From positions 72,855 through 136,854 of the forward strand of contig MPNI01000002.1 of assembly GCA_002238945.1 (NCBI GenBank): 64,000 nt of DNA, read 5' to 3'. The notes under the pieces are model-generated. The model was not told where the DNA came from and did not search any database. It worked only from the letters and a program-made list of their open reading frames with translations. This document shows, piece by piece, positions 1 through 8,375 of the stretch. The position numbers and the translations under genes were made by a program. Positions within the stretch are counted from its first letter, which is position 1. Each line of letters begins with the position of its first letter. This stretch comes from Proteobacteria bacterium bin106 (GTDB lineage Bacteria > Bdellovibrionota_B > Oligoflexia > Oligoflexales > Bin106).

Positions 1-336
1 TATGACAGCAAAAGGTACATGCCAAGGCTCAGCAGTTCCTTAGAGGACTACAGCGGAGACAAGGTCTATGACGGAGGAGAAGTAAAAAGAAGCCGCGACA
101 GCGTAGATGCATATTCCACAGATGACTCCTCAGCTACCACAGACGATGCATCTCCATATCGCGGCAAGAAGGGTAAATACTTATACCCGCAAGAACATTA
201 CGATAGAATGGAAGCCGGTGCGCAGTTTCTTGTGAAAGAATTTTTAAAGAATGTTTTAGATGACAAAGATGTACATTCCATTAAACTCCATCGCAAAAAA
301 GGAGGCGCCTTTTTATGTGCTTACCGTTACGAATAA
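1..336 (+). CDS. hypothetical protein, C-terminal fragment (frame open to window start)
   Basis: The frame of ORF 19..336 has no stop back to position 1. It is followed by a hairpin terminator at 392-440. No family recognised. Confidence 0.35.
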   Translation, partial: YDSKRYMPRLSSSLEDYSGDKVYDGGEVKRSRDSVDAYSTDDSSATTDDASPYRGKKGKYLYPQEHYDRMEAGAQFLVKEFLKNVLDDKDVHSIKLHRKKGGAFLCAYRYE

Positions 337-391
337 ATAGGAGTCAACATCATAATCATCAGCACAAGAACGTCATGATGTGACACACCTA

Positions 392-440
392 AGCAGGTCC
401 TCTCTTAAGATCTTTTAAGAAAGGACCTGCTTTACGTTTT
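392..440 (+). terminator. putative intrinsic terminator
   Basis: 9-bp stem agcaggtcc (392-400) / ggacctgct (423-431) with an inner tcttaa/ttaaga stem, followed by the T-rich ttacgtttt. Confidence 0.45.
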
Positions 441-664
441 AAGCGTTCTATCTCGTTTTTTTACCACATCTTACCCGCTACAAACAATCTGTATTCTTTA
501 ACTAGACAAAAATACAACATAGTGTCTGCCAGTGCCGTTAAGTACTTTTTGTGGCCAAAACCATAATGCACATCTCAATCACGAAACTTTTAAAAATCTA
601 ACGTCTTAAAATGAGCCCGTTTACTCTGTTTGTTTCTTTAACCTCAAGTTCTACGCCATAAGTC

Positions 665-1450
665 ATGTCTTTTTTTCACATCATATGTCTAGTATGTGCT
701 TTGTTAGCTTTTCCTAATTTTTTACATGCTGCCCAAAGATATGGCACTGTTTCACCTTTACGTTGGGACACTAACAACACCTGCACTCAAAGTATCAATG
801 CACACATCCAAATCAGAGGCATTGACTTTGAAGCTGGTGCTCATACCTCTCGTTTTTTTGCTCAACAACCAGCCAAAGAACCCTTTCAAACAGAACTCAC
901 AGCATACGAGCCCTATGTTGGTGTATTCAGCTTCCATGGATCAAACACATCAAGTCATCCCTATAATTTTGAAAACTATCCGTTTTATATCCATCACATA
1001 GCTCCTTTTATTATCTATAACGGCATGATTTTTAGTGGAAACCAACAAGCAGATGGATCTTTTCAGCCTCTTAGTGCCACATTTGCTGCTTTAGCTGACT
1101 ACCCAGGAGTATTGGATGTGGTCTTGCACATATCCTTCCACCCCACCTTAACCCCTCAACCAGCAGTGGTGGGATATCGTTTAAATCTTCCGCTAAATAA
1201 TAGCAGAGAAGATGGACAGTGGTCTTTTGAGTTATGGGATAACTCACAGGTGTTCGTCAATTCCACATTTATCCTCCATGATTATGCCTGCTTGGTGTAT
1301 TACTATCCTACGTACTCACACGTCGTAAATGCATTTGGAAAAATACACCTAGGCACCACCAACTTGCCCAACTTGCCCAACTTGCCCAGCTTGCAAGGAA
1401 CTTTGGATAGCAACAATAGATGGCGCTTTTTGTTTGTAGTGGTAAGGTAG
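665..1450 (+). CDS. secreted hypothetical protein
   Basis: N-terminal signal peptide MSFFHIICLVCALLAFPNFLHA|AQ. In-frame 9-nt repeat encoding NLPNLPNLPSL near the C-terminus. No family recognised. Confidence 0.5.
   Translation: MSFFHIICLVCALLAFPNFLHAAQRYGTVSPLRWDTNNTCTQSINAHIQIRGIDFEAGAHTSRFFAQQPAKEPFQTELTAYEPYVGVFSFHGSNTSSHPYNFENYPFYIHHIAPFIIYNGMIFSGNQQADGSFQPLSATFAALADYPGVLDVVLHISFHPTLTPQPAVVGYRLNLPLNNSREDGQWSFELWDNSQVFVNSTFILHDYACLVYYYPTYSHVVNAFGKIHLGTTNLPNLPNLPSLQGTLDSNNRWRFLFVVVR
1361..1394. repeat. 9-nt tandem repeat (aacttgccc x3 plus a degenerate copy), in frame
   Basis: Read directly from the sequence; encodes (NLP)n in CDS 665..1450. Confidence 0.9.
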
Positions 1451-1485
1451 CTTATTTATTGATTTATGGGTTTATTGAGCTCTAG

Positions 1486-2238
1486 CTATTTCTTTGTAGG
1501 CACATCCATGTGTTTGATGATGTTATCAAGCTTTTTTTCAATGGATACAAGTCTTTTGTTGTAAACTTCTTCTTTATTTTGATCGTCGAGTTCAATGAAG
1601 TAGCTTGCCAGTAAGCCAGAAATACCACCATAAAAAGCCACACCATAAATCATCACCACAATGCCCAGTATGCGGCCATTAAAGGTGATGGGTACGACAT
1701 TGCCATATCCCACAGTCGTAAGCGTGACAACACTCCACCACACAGCATCCAGTGGTGTTTTAATGCTCGAGTCAGGCGCATTTTCAAAATAGAGAATCAA
1801 CGTCGAAGTCAGAAAGATAATTAAGCTGGTAATAAGAGCAATCAACACCGGAGCTGAGACATTATTGTTTTTGATCAAATAGGGAATTATACCCCTAAAA
1901 ACCTTTAAAGAACGCAACAAATAATATAATCGTGCTAAGTGAGAAAGACGTCCTAAGCGGAAAACATCAAACCAAGCCATACAAGATAGCAGATCCAACC
2001 ATCCACCTTGCTTAAAAAAATACACTTTGCGAGATGAGGCGCGTTTGAGGCGATAGAAAAAATCCATCAAAAAAACAACACATAACAAACGATCAAAACC
2101 CAAGGCTAAAGCTCTTGAAGCCTCAGCCTTACCTTCTAAAGTAAGAGGGACAAGATTGATCAAGCTCACCAGCGATAAAATACCCACAGCGAGTTCATAA
2201 ATGACCTGTTTTTTGCGAAAAAGCTCCATTCGTGGCAT
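1486..2238 (-). CDS. 6TM voltage-gated-type K+ channel
   Basis: K+ selectivity filter TLTTVGYG. S4-like helix FRLGRLSHLARLYYLLRSLKVFR with a basic residue at nearly every third position. S5-pore-S6 layout. Confidence 0.85.
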   Translation of the reverse strand: MPRMELFRKKQVIYELAVGILSLVSLINLVPLTLEGKAEASRALALGFDRLLCVVFLMDFFYRLKRASSRKVYFFKQGGWLDLLSCMAWFDVFRLGRLSHLARLYYLLRSLKVFRGIIPYLIKNNNVSAPVLIALITSLIIFLTSTLILYFENAPDSSIKTPLDAVWWSVVTLTTVGYGNVVPITFNGRILGIVVMIYGVAFYGGISGLLASYFIELDDQNKEEVYNKRLVSIEKKLDNIIKHMDVPTKK

Positions 2239-2266
2239 ACATGAACCTTACATCAACAATAAAAGC

Positions 2267-3115
2267 TTATTCATCCTCATCAGAAATGACGATTTCTGCG
2301 ATTTTCATGCGTGGAGAGGTGTTTTGTGATGCATCCACCTTTTCCACACTGGCACGGATCAACAACTTCACACCCGCAGAAGGACCAATGGTTTCTACAC
2401 GCAAAGACTCATCCTCTTGGAGCGGATAAAGAGCCTCAAGACTATCGAGTTCTTGGATATCATTGATTTCTTTGCGCACCAGTTCCATGATGGTTTTTTC
2501 TTTAGAAAAAGCCATATTCGATCCCAAACAATCCCCATTCATACGAAAATAAGCCGTAGGTGATGGCATATCAGCTATGAGAGTTAGGATGATTTTACGA
2601 ATCTCAGCGAGTCGTCCAGCATACTGAGATGAGGTTTTATCCATGGCATCAAGAGCTGAGTTAAAAAGAGAGGCAAATTGAGAAAGCTCATCAAAACCAC
2701 TCATCACCAAACGTTTATGCAGTAACCCATGACTATGACTATCTAAAACAAAACGCCTTAAAGAATTCAGACGTGTCACCACATGCTTTTTTAAAGTGCT
2801 CATCCCAATGGCAAAAAGCAACATAACCAGCACAGCTGATATCACCATCAGCAAATACATTTGATAGCGGTAATTTTCAAAATCTTTAAGAATGGTTTGC
2901 CCTCTGGTTTGCAGAGCAGCAAGCTGTAAAGCAAGCTCGTTGGTCATGTGATCTTGCAGATGTTGAGCGGGAACAGCCGCAAGTGTCAGTAAACCAAGGG
3001 ATTTTTCCAGATTTTGAAAGATTATGCTCTGATTGATGTAATTGATCATCATCATGGCAGCCAGAAGGATCATAGCAGCCATAAATAAAAATGTGATACG
3101 TGTGCGTAATTTCAT
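2267..3115 (-). CDS. membrane protein with two TM helices, a HAMP domain and a PAS-like C-terminal region; no recognisable output domain
   Basis: TM1 ITFLFMAAMILLAAMMMI, TM2 MYLLMVISAVLVMLLFAIGM. HAMP-like segment RLNSLRRFV...GFDELSQFASLFNSALDAM. The C-terminal ~120 aa has a PAS-like start (PSPTAYFRMNGDCLGSNMAF). Confidence 0.55.
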   Translation of the reverse strand: MKLRTRITFLFMAAMILLAAMMMINYINQSIIFQNLEKSLGLLTLAAVPAQHLQDHMTNELALQLAALQTRGQTILKDFENYRYQMYLLMVISAVLVMLLFAIGMSTLKKHVVTRLNSLRRFVLDSHSHGLLHKRLVMSGFDELSQFASLFNSALDAMDKTSSQYAGRLAEIRKIILTLIADMPSPTAYFRMNGDCLGSNMAFSKEKTIMELVRKEINDIQELDSLEALYPLQEDESLRVETIGPSAGVKLLIRASVEKVDASQNTSPRMKIAEIVISDEDE

Positions 3116-3123
3116 GGCTGCTC

Positions 3124-3780
3124 CTAGGAGATACTCGCTAGTTTTTGAATATCCTCTGAGCTTCCCACTAACACCAACTTATCCACACTTTGAATAATCT
3201 CTGTAGCCTTAGGCGATGCAATAACCATATCTCCTCGATAAAGAGCTACCACACTGACGTTATAACGATTACGTAATTTAAGATCTTGAAGAGATTTATT
3301 GACAAAACGCTGCGGGGTACTGATCTCAGAAAGTCTCAAATCATGACCAAGATTAAACTGCTCCAATAAATACGGCTGAGACAGACGTTCAGCTAAACGC
3401 CTCCCCAGCTCTTCTTCAGGATTGATCACCTCATGAGCTCCCACAGAGCGCAATACCTTTTCATGTAATGCATGAATACCACGAGAAATAATACGAGCAC
3501 AGCCAATCTGAGAGAGCAAAGCTGTGGTGAGAATTGATGCTTCAAGAGAGCTCGCTCCAATCCCCACAACCACACAAGAAAACTTTTGGATCTCCAACTC
3601 CAAAAGACTATCTTTATCTGTGGTGTCACTTTGCACCGCTGCTGATACTTCACTGGAAATCTCCTCGATAAGCTCTTTCTTGCTATCGATGACAAGCACA
3701 GGATAGCCTTTCTGAGAGAGAGTTCTAGCCACAGAGCTACCAAAACGTCCGAGGCCAATAACAGCAAATGCATGAGTCAT
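3124..3780 (-). CDS. trkA: K+ uptake regulatory subunit TrkA/KtrA (RCK_N + RCK_C)
   Basis: Rossmann motif AVIGLGRFGSSVARTL and a C-terminal TrkA_C-like segment. I prefer the ATG at 3780 (MTHAFAVIG) because AGGAG lies 8 nt upstream; the ORF track starts at 3807. Confidence 0.85.
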   Translation of the reverse strand: MTHAFAVIGLGRFGSSVARTLSQKGYPVLVIDSKKELIEEISSEVSAAVQSDTTDKDSLLELEIQKFSCVVVGIGASSLEASILTTALLSQIGCARIISRGIHALHEKVLRSVGAHEVINPEEELGRRLAERLSQPYLLEQFNLGHDLRLSEISTPQRFVNKSLQDLKLRNRYNVSVVALYRGDMVIASPKATEIIQSVDKLVLVGSSEDIQKLASIS

Positions 3781-3814
3781 GGAAAGATCTCCTGGACAGA
3801 TGAACAAAACACAT

Positions 3815-3844
3815 CACTCAACCGCACTCAACCGCACTCAACCG
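3815..3844. repeat. 10-nt tandem repeat (cactcaaccg x3) spanning the trkH stop codon
   Basis: Read directly. The trkH TGA (3838-3840) lies inside the third copy. Confidence 0.9.
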
Positions 3845-5958
3845 ATCATCACTTCAGCACTGGGAAAATTGATGCGTGAACGATCATCACTAGCTAAAGC
3901 AATGGCAAGGGTTAAGGGGCCAATACGACCAATAAACATCCCAATAGCTATAATCACTTGTCCCACAAGATCGAGTTTATCAGTAATACCTAATGTTAGG
4001 CCAACAGTTCCACTGGCACTAAATATCTCAAATAACAATAACATGGGTGGTAAATCTTGGGTGAGCAGTAACAAAAACCATAATACACCGATAGTTGAAA
4101 AGGAAAGAATGATCAGAGCCGAACTTTTTGCCACCGTTTGCATGGAAAAATTTCGAGAAAATAACATCACTCTATTATCATTGCGAATCAACGTAGGAAG
4201 GGTGGCTAAAAGAGTGGCAAATGTCGTAACTTTAACTCCTCCAGCCGTACCGGCAGGAGCTCCTCCCACAAACATAAACAGCAACATCACCACAAATGAA
4301 GGATACGTAAAAAGCTCTAAAGGCAAGGTATTAAAACCCGCTGTTCTTAAAGTGATGCTATGAAAAAAACTATTCATTATCTTATCGCGAAGTGACAAGC
4401 TTGCCAGAGCTGAATCCCATTCCAACATCAAAAACAACACCCCACCAGCAACCACAAACACAACCGTTGCCACCACAACCACTTTGGTTTGAACACTCAA
4501 AGGAGTGATATGCGTCCTTTTGAAAAGCCGAGAGATCAACTCAAACAACACCACAAAGCCCATGCCACCAAGCACAATCAAAACCCCATAAGCTGCAAGC
4601 GCTACAGGAGAGCCGTGGAGATGAGTCAGAGAATCATCAGTGAGAGAAAAGCCTGCGTTACAAAAAGCACTCACAGCCTGAAATATACCCAACTTTAAAG
4701 ACGTATAAAAAGAAGGATCTTTCACACTATGATAATGTTGATAACCGATGATCGCTGCACCTATCAACTCAATGATCACTGTGGATATCACAATAAAAAT
4801 AATCAATTGACTGGTAGACTTCATACCTTTTCTAGAAAAAAACTCTGAAAAAGCTTTTTCTGTACGCACACCGAGCTTTCCACCTAAGGCAATGGTTGCA
4901 AAAGTAGATAGCACCATAATCCCTAAACCACCCACCTGCATCAGCCCAAGGATGACAAACCGGCCAAACTCAGAAAACACCTCTGAAATATTCACCACCG
5001 TTAATCCTGTGACACAGGTAGCAGAGATAGCGGTAAACAAAGCCTGCATAAATGTGATAGAGCTTCCCGTAGCAGAAGCTGCTGGAAGATAAAGAAACAA
5101 TGATCCTAAACTAATCAAAACAGCAAAGCTAAAAAGGACCAATAAAGCAGGAGCTGATTGAAAATTTTCTAAAATATCTCTTACTGTTGAGTTTTCAGCC
5201 ACAAGAAAACTCAACACCGTAATAAAATACATAAACATGAAAATCTGAGAGAGTATCCCTCCCCATACTCCAAAAAGAGAGATAGCACTCAATGCGAGTA
5301 TCACTAAAATCACACCCAGAGTTCTAAAGGCTGGATGATAGCGAATAAGCATATAAAGAAAACGGGTGGTAAGAAGTAAAGCCACCGCTGCATACAACAC
5401 AATAGCGTTACTCACAGCTTTCAACTCTGTAACCTTAAAACCATACGTTAAAAGCAAGCTGATGGCTGAAATCAACACCACATGAGACAGAGCAGGAGCA
5501 TAGTTCTGCATCCAAACACGATAAGGATTGTAACCGCGAAGACGACGATCAGAAAAACCAATAAAAGCAGAATGTCCTTCTGGTTCTAAAGGACGAGCGT
5601 ACATAAATGTAACAGCACCGAGATAGGCCTGATAAAACACCAAGATACCAGCTAACCATGTATCCACTGGCATAGCTAAAGCAAACACACCCACACTGGA
5701 AAACATCACTAACCAAGCCAAGCTTGTGGCCCAAAACAGCTTAAAACTAAAGCCAATGATAGCTAAAACACTGATAGTGATCCAAAACACTGACAGCACA
5801 GCCCCTGTCAGGCTATATTTTCCTCCAACGCCTAATAACCCCTCAGGATCATCTACCAAAAAAGCACCAAGAAGACTGATCAAACACGATGTAGCAATAC
5901 GTGTCACAGATGTCAGTATGGCAGCTCTCGCAGGTTCTTGAGGTGGCAAAAGGCGCAT
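3838..5958 (-). CDS. trkH: TrkH/KtrB-family K+ transporter with a ~265-aa N-terminal polytopic extension
   Basis: The C-terminal ~440 aa have the TrkH layout with repeated pore-loop glycine motifs (TCVTGLTV, FCNAGFSL, RTAGFNT, SASGTVGLT). The first ~265 aa are additional hydrophobic helices. Confidence 0.85.
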   Translation of the reverse strand: MRLLPPQEPARAAILTSVTRIATSCLISLLGAFLVDDPEGLLGVGGKYSLTGAVLSVFWITISVLAIIGFSFKLFWATSLAWLVMFSSVGVFALAMPVDTWLAGILVFYQAYLGAVTFMYARPLEPEGHSAFIGFSDRRLRGYNPYRVWMQNYAPALSHVVLISAISLLLTYGFKVTELKAVSNAIVLYAAVALLLTTRFLYMLIRYHPAFRTLGVILVILALSAISLFGVWGGILSQIFMFMYFITVLSFLVAENSTVRDILENFQSAPALLVLFSFAVLISLGSLFLYLPAASATGSSITFMQALFTAISATCVTGLTVVNISEVFSEFGRFVILGLMQVGGLGIMVLSTFATIALGGKLGVRTEKAFSEFFSRKGMKSTSQLIIFIVISTVIIELIGAAIIGYQHYHSVKDPSFYTSLKLGIFQAVSAFCNAGFSLTDDSLTHLHGSPVALAAYGVLIVLGGMGFVVLFELISRLFKRTHITPLSVQTKVVVVATVVFVVAGGVLFLMLEWDSALASLSLRDKIMNSFFHSITLRTAGFNTLPLELFTYPSFVVMLLFMFVGGAPAGTAGGVKVTTFATLLATLPTLIRNDNRVMLFSRNFSMQTVAKSSALIILSFSTIGVLWFLLLLTQDLPPMLLLFEIFSASGTVGLTLGITDKLDLVGQVIIAIGMFIGRIGPLTLAIALASDDRSRINFPSAEVMIG

Positions 5959-6167
5959 AAAAGAGAGTGCTTTTCAAAAAATATAATCTATAAAGCCGCT
6001 TTTTTCATGTTATCCTCAAGAGTTTACACAATTTATTTTGATAAACGAAACAAAGCCCAGTGTCGTATTCGGCATGATTTTCCTGCAGAAAGCAACATAG
6101 ACCATCTCAGGCATGCTACTTTGATGCTGAAAAGTAGGGGACTCTCCACCATACGTGCGAGCTAGCT

Positions 6168-6452
6168 ATGCTGATATACACCTTGTGGTCACGATGCATT
6201 ATTGTTGCTCTTTTAGGAATCTTACTCAATGGTGTTATTCGCGGTGAACGCACCCTTTCCGATTACGTAGAGCTTAAAGAAAAAAGAGATCTGCTCTCAG
6301 AAGTAGTCGATAAGCTCGAAGCAGAAAGCCAAGCTATTAGCGTTGAGATTCATCGCATTCGTCACTCTCATCAATATGCTAAAAAGGTCCTGCGTAGCAA
6401 ATATCACATTATGGAAGATAACGAAGAGCTGATCTTCTTTGAAGATGAGTAA
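6168..6452 (+). CDS. ftsB: septum formation initiator family protein (FtsB/DivIC-like)
   Basis: 94 aa: one N-terminal TM helix followed by a coiled coil (LSDYVELKEKRDLLSEVVDKLEAESQAISVEI) and a tail ...KYHIMEDNEELIFF, typical of FtsB. Confidence 0.55.
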   Translation: MLIYTLWSRCIIVALLGILLNGVIRGERTLSDYVELKEKRDLLSEVVDKLEAESQAISVEIHRIRHSHQYAKKVLRSKYHIMEDNEELIFFEDE

Positions 6453-6743
6453 GCCACGCTCGTAATCTCATAACAATAAACCACCCAAACAGATATGATC
6501 GTATGTGATGGCTGGAAAAATGCCCTCCCGTTATCACAGACACCATAGCTATAAGCAGACTTTGCCCTTTGCTAGCATATCTCTTAGCAAAGACCATTCG
6601 ATAAGATAGGGCTATGAATTCATAAAGATATGATCATAAAACCGATCGGCTCAGCAGCTATACACAAAGCTATACAATATACAAAAAGCTATACACAACC
6701 AAAAAAACGCATCCTTATATCTAGAGAGTAGGACAGTAGCTCC

Positions 6744-8216
6744 ATGAAGAAGTTAACCACAGAGTTTCGAGTGGGTATCTTCACCATTCTCTCCATTGCT
6801 GCTTTAAGTTATATTCTCTTTCTTCTTAATTCCAAATATTTCAGCTCTAAAAAAACCATCTCTCACTACACCCTTACCAACAATGCAAAAGGGGTTGTGA
6901 ACATGACAAATGTAAGAGCTGGTGGTGTGACCGTAGGACAGGTTACAGGCATTAAGCTGAAAGGACAGATGACACAGATCTATTTTGCCATTGATAGCAG
7001 CATCCTTATTCCCGAAGGATCAAAGATGGAACTACGTACCCGTGGTTTACTCGGTGAAACCTTCCTTGAGGTGGTAAGAGCTCCTGATTCAGGAAGATAT
7101 ATTGCCGAAGGAGATCTGGTTCCCATGAACACCCAATTTGTGGATTTCTCGGATTTGATCCGTATCATTGGCAGTATTGCTGTGGATGTGAAACATGTCA
7201 CAGAATCCTTTTCCAACTTGGTCAAAAAAGATTCCCATGGAAAAAGTCGGATTGAAACCGTTTTTGATGGCGTAGAACAATCCACCACCGATCTCAGACG
7301 TATCATTCAAAGCAATGAAGCTCAGGTAAAAAAGATACTCAGCAATATAAAAACCACCAGTGACCATCTTGTGGCCTATACCCAACAAGATCCTCTCAAA
7401 AATCTCAAAGAAGCTTCAGCCAAAATCGATGATTTCATCACAGATGCCAAAGGAGCTGTCACGGGACTTCAAGATATTGTGAGCGGGATGCAGCAAGGCA
7501 AAGGCACAGTGGGAAAATTACTCACCGATGAAGATCTTGCTGAAGACCTACGAGAAACAGCTGCAAAGATCCGTCAGGTGGTTTCTCCTAAGGAAGGATT
7601 AAGCATACAACTACAGTACAATAATGAATTCCGTTGGGGCTCTCACTCCCAGCATTATTTGCAAACTATTGTGAGTTTGCAAAAAAACACTTTCTATACC
7701 TTAGGCTTAACTGCTTATCCAGCTACCACCACCACCTCTAGTCGTATTGTTGCTAAAGAAAATGGACAAGAAGTTATAACCACACAAGAAGCTACCACAC
7801 AAAAAGACACCATCGGATTTCATCTTCAATGGGGACATCGTTTCAACCACTGGGCTTTTCGTCTCGGTGTGTTTGAAAACTCTGGAGGCTTAGCCACCGA
7901 TTTGCATCTGTTAGACAATCGGTTACGCTTCTCTCTAGAGGCTTTTCGTTTTAGCCAAAGCTCTCCGAAACGCTGGTTAGCGCAGTTTAAGTTTTATGGG
8001 TTTTGGTACTTTCTTCCCCATGTTTATGCTTCTTTTGGACTCGCTGATATCAGTGGACGTGGCCAAACAGAAAACCCCACCGATACATCCTCCCATAACA
8101 ACAACAATAACATAGGATCATCCATAGAGAATATGAGCCCATTTGTTGGCGCTGGATTCCATTTCAATGATGCTGACATCAAACGTTTAACCAGCTCAGC
8201 AGCTTTGATGTTTTGA
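6744..8216 (+). CDS. MCE/MlaD-family protein with a long helical region and a beta-rich C-terminal domain
   Basis: N-terminus MKKLTTEFRVGIFTILSIAALSYILF and MCE core VRAGGVTVGQVTGIKL...LRTRGLLGETFLEV. The C-terminal ~190 aa have alternating aromatic/hydrophobic patterns and end in ...AALMF. Confidence 0.7.
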   Translation: MKKLTTEFRVGIFTILSIAALSYILFLLNSKYFSSKKTISHYTLTNNAKGVVNMTNVRAGGVTVGQVTGIKLKGQMTQIYFAIDSSILIPEGSKMELRTRGLLGETFLEVVRAPDSGRYIAEGDLVPMNTQFVDFSDLIRIIGSIAVDVKHVTESFSNLVKKDSHGKSRIETVFDGVEQSTTDLRRIIQSNEAQVKKILSNIKTTSDHLVAYTQQDPLKNLKEASAKIDDFITDAKGAVTGLQDIVSGMQQGKGTVGKLLTDEDLAEDLRETAAKIRQVVSPKEGLSIQLQYNNEFRWGSHSQHYLQTIVSLQKNTFYTLGLTAYPATTTTSSRIVAKENGQEVITTQEATTQKDTIGFHLQWGHRFNHWAFRLGVFENSGGLATDLHLLDNRLRFSLEAFRFSQSSPKRWLAQFKFYGFWYFLPHVYASFGLADISGRGQTENPTDTSSHNNNNNIGSSIENMSPFVGAGFHFNDADIKRLTSSAALMF

Positions 8217-8375
8217 TTTAAGGAAAACTCTATATTTGATGTTGTATTCTGTATCGTAAACATTATATTGCGGGTATCTTTGCTAGACATAAGACTCAAA
8301 AAACACAACTGACATCCTATCCCTTCTACAAAACACATAATAAAAACACAAAAAAAAAGGTTGAGGCATAGCACT

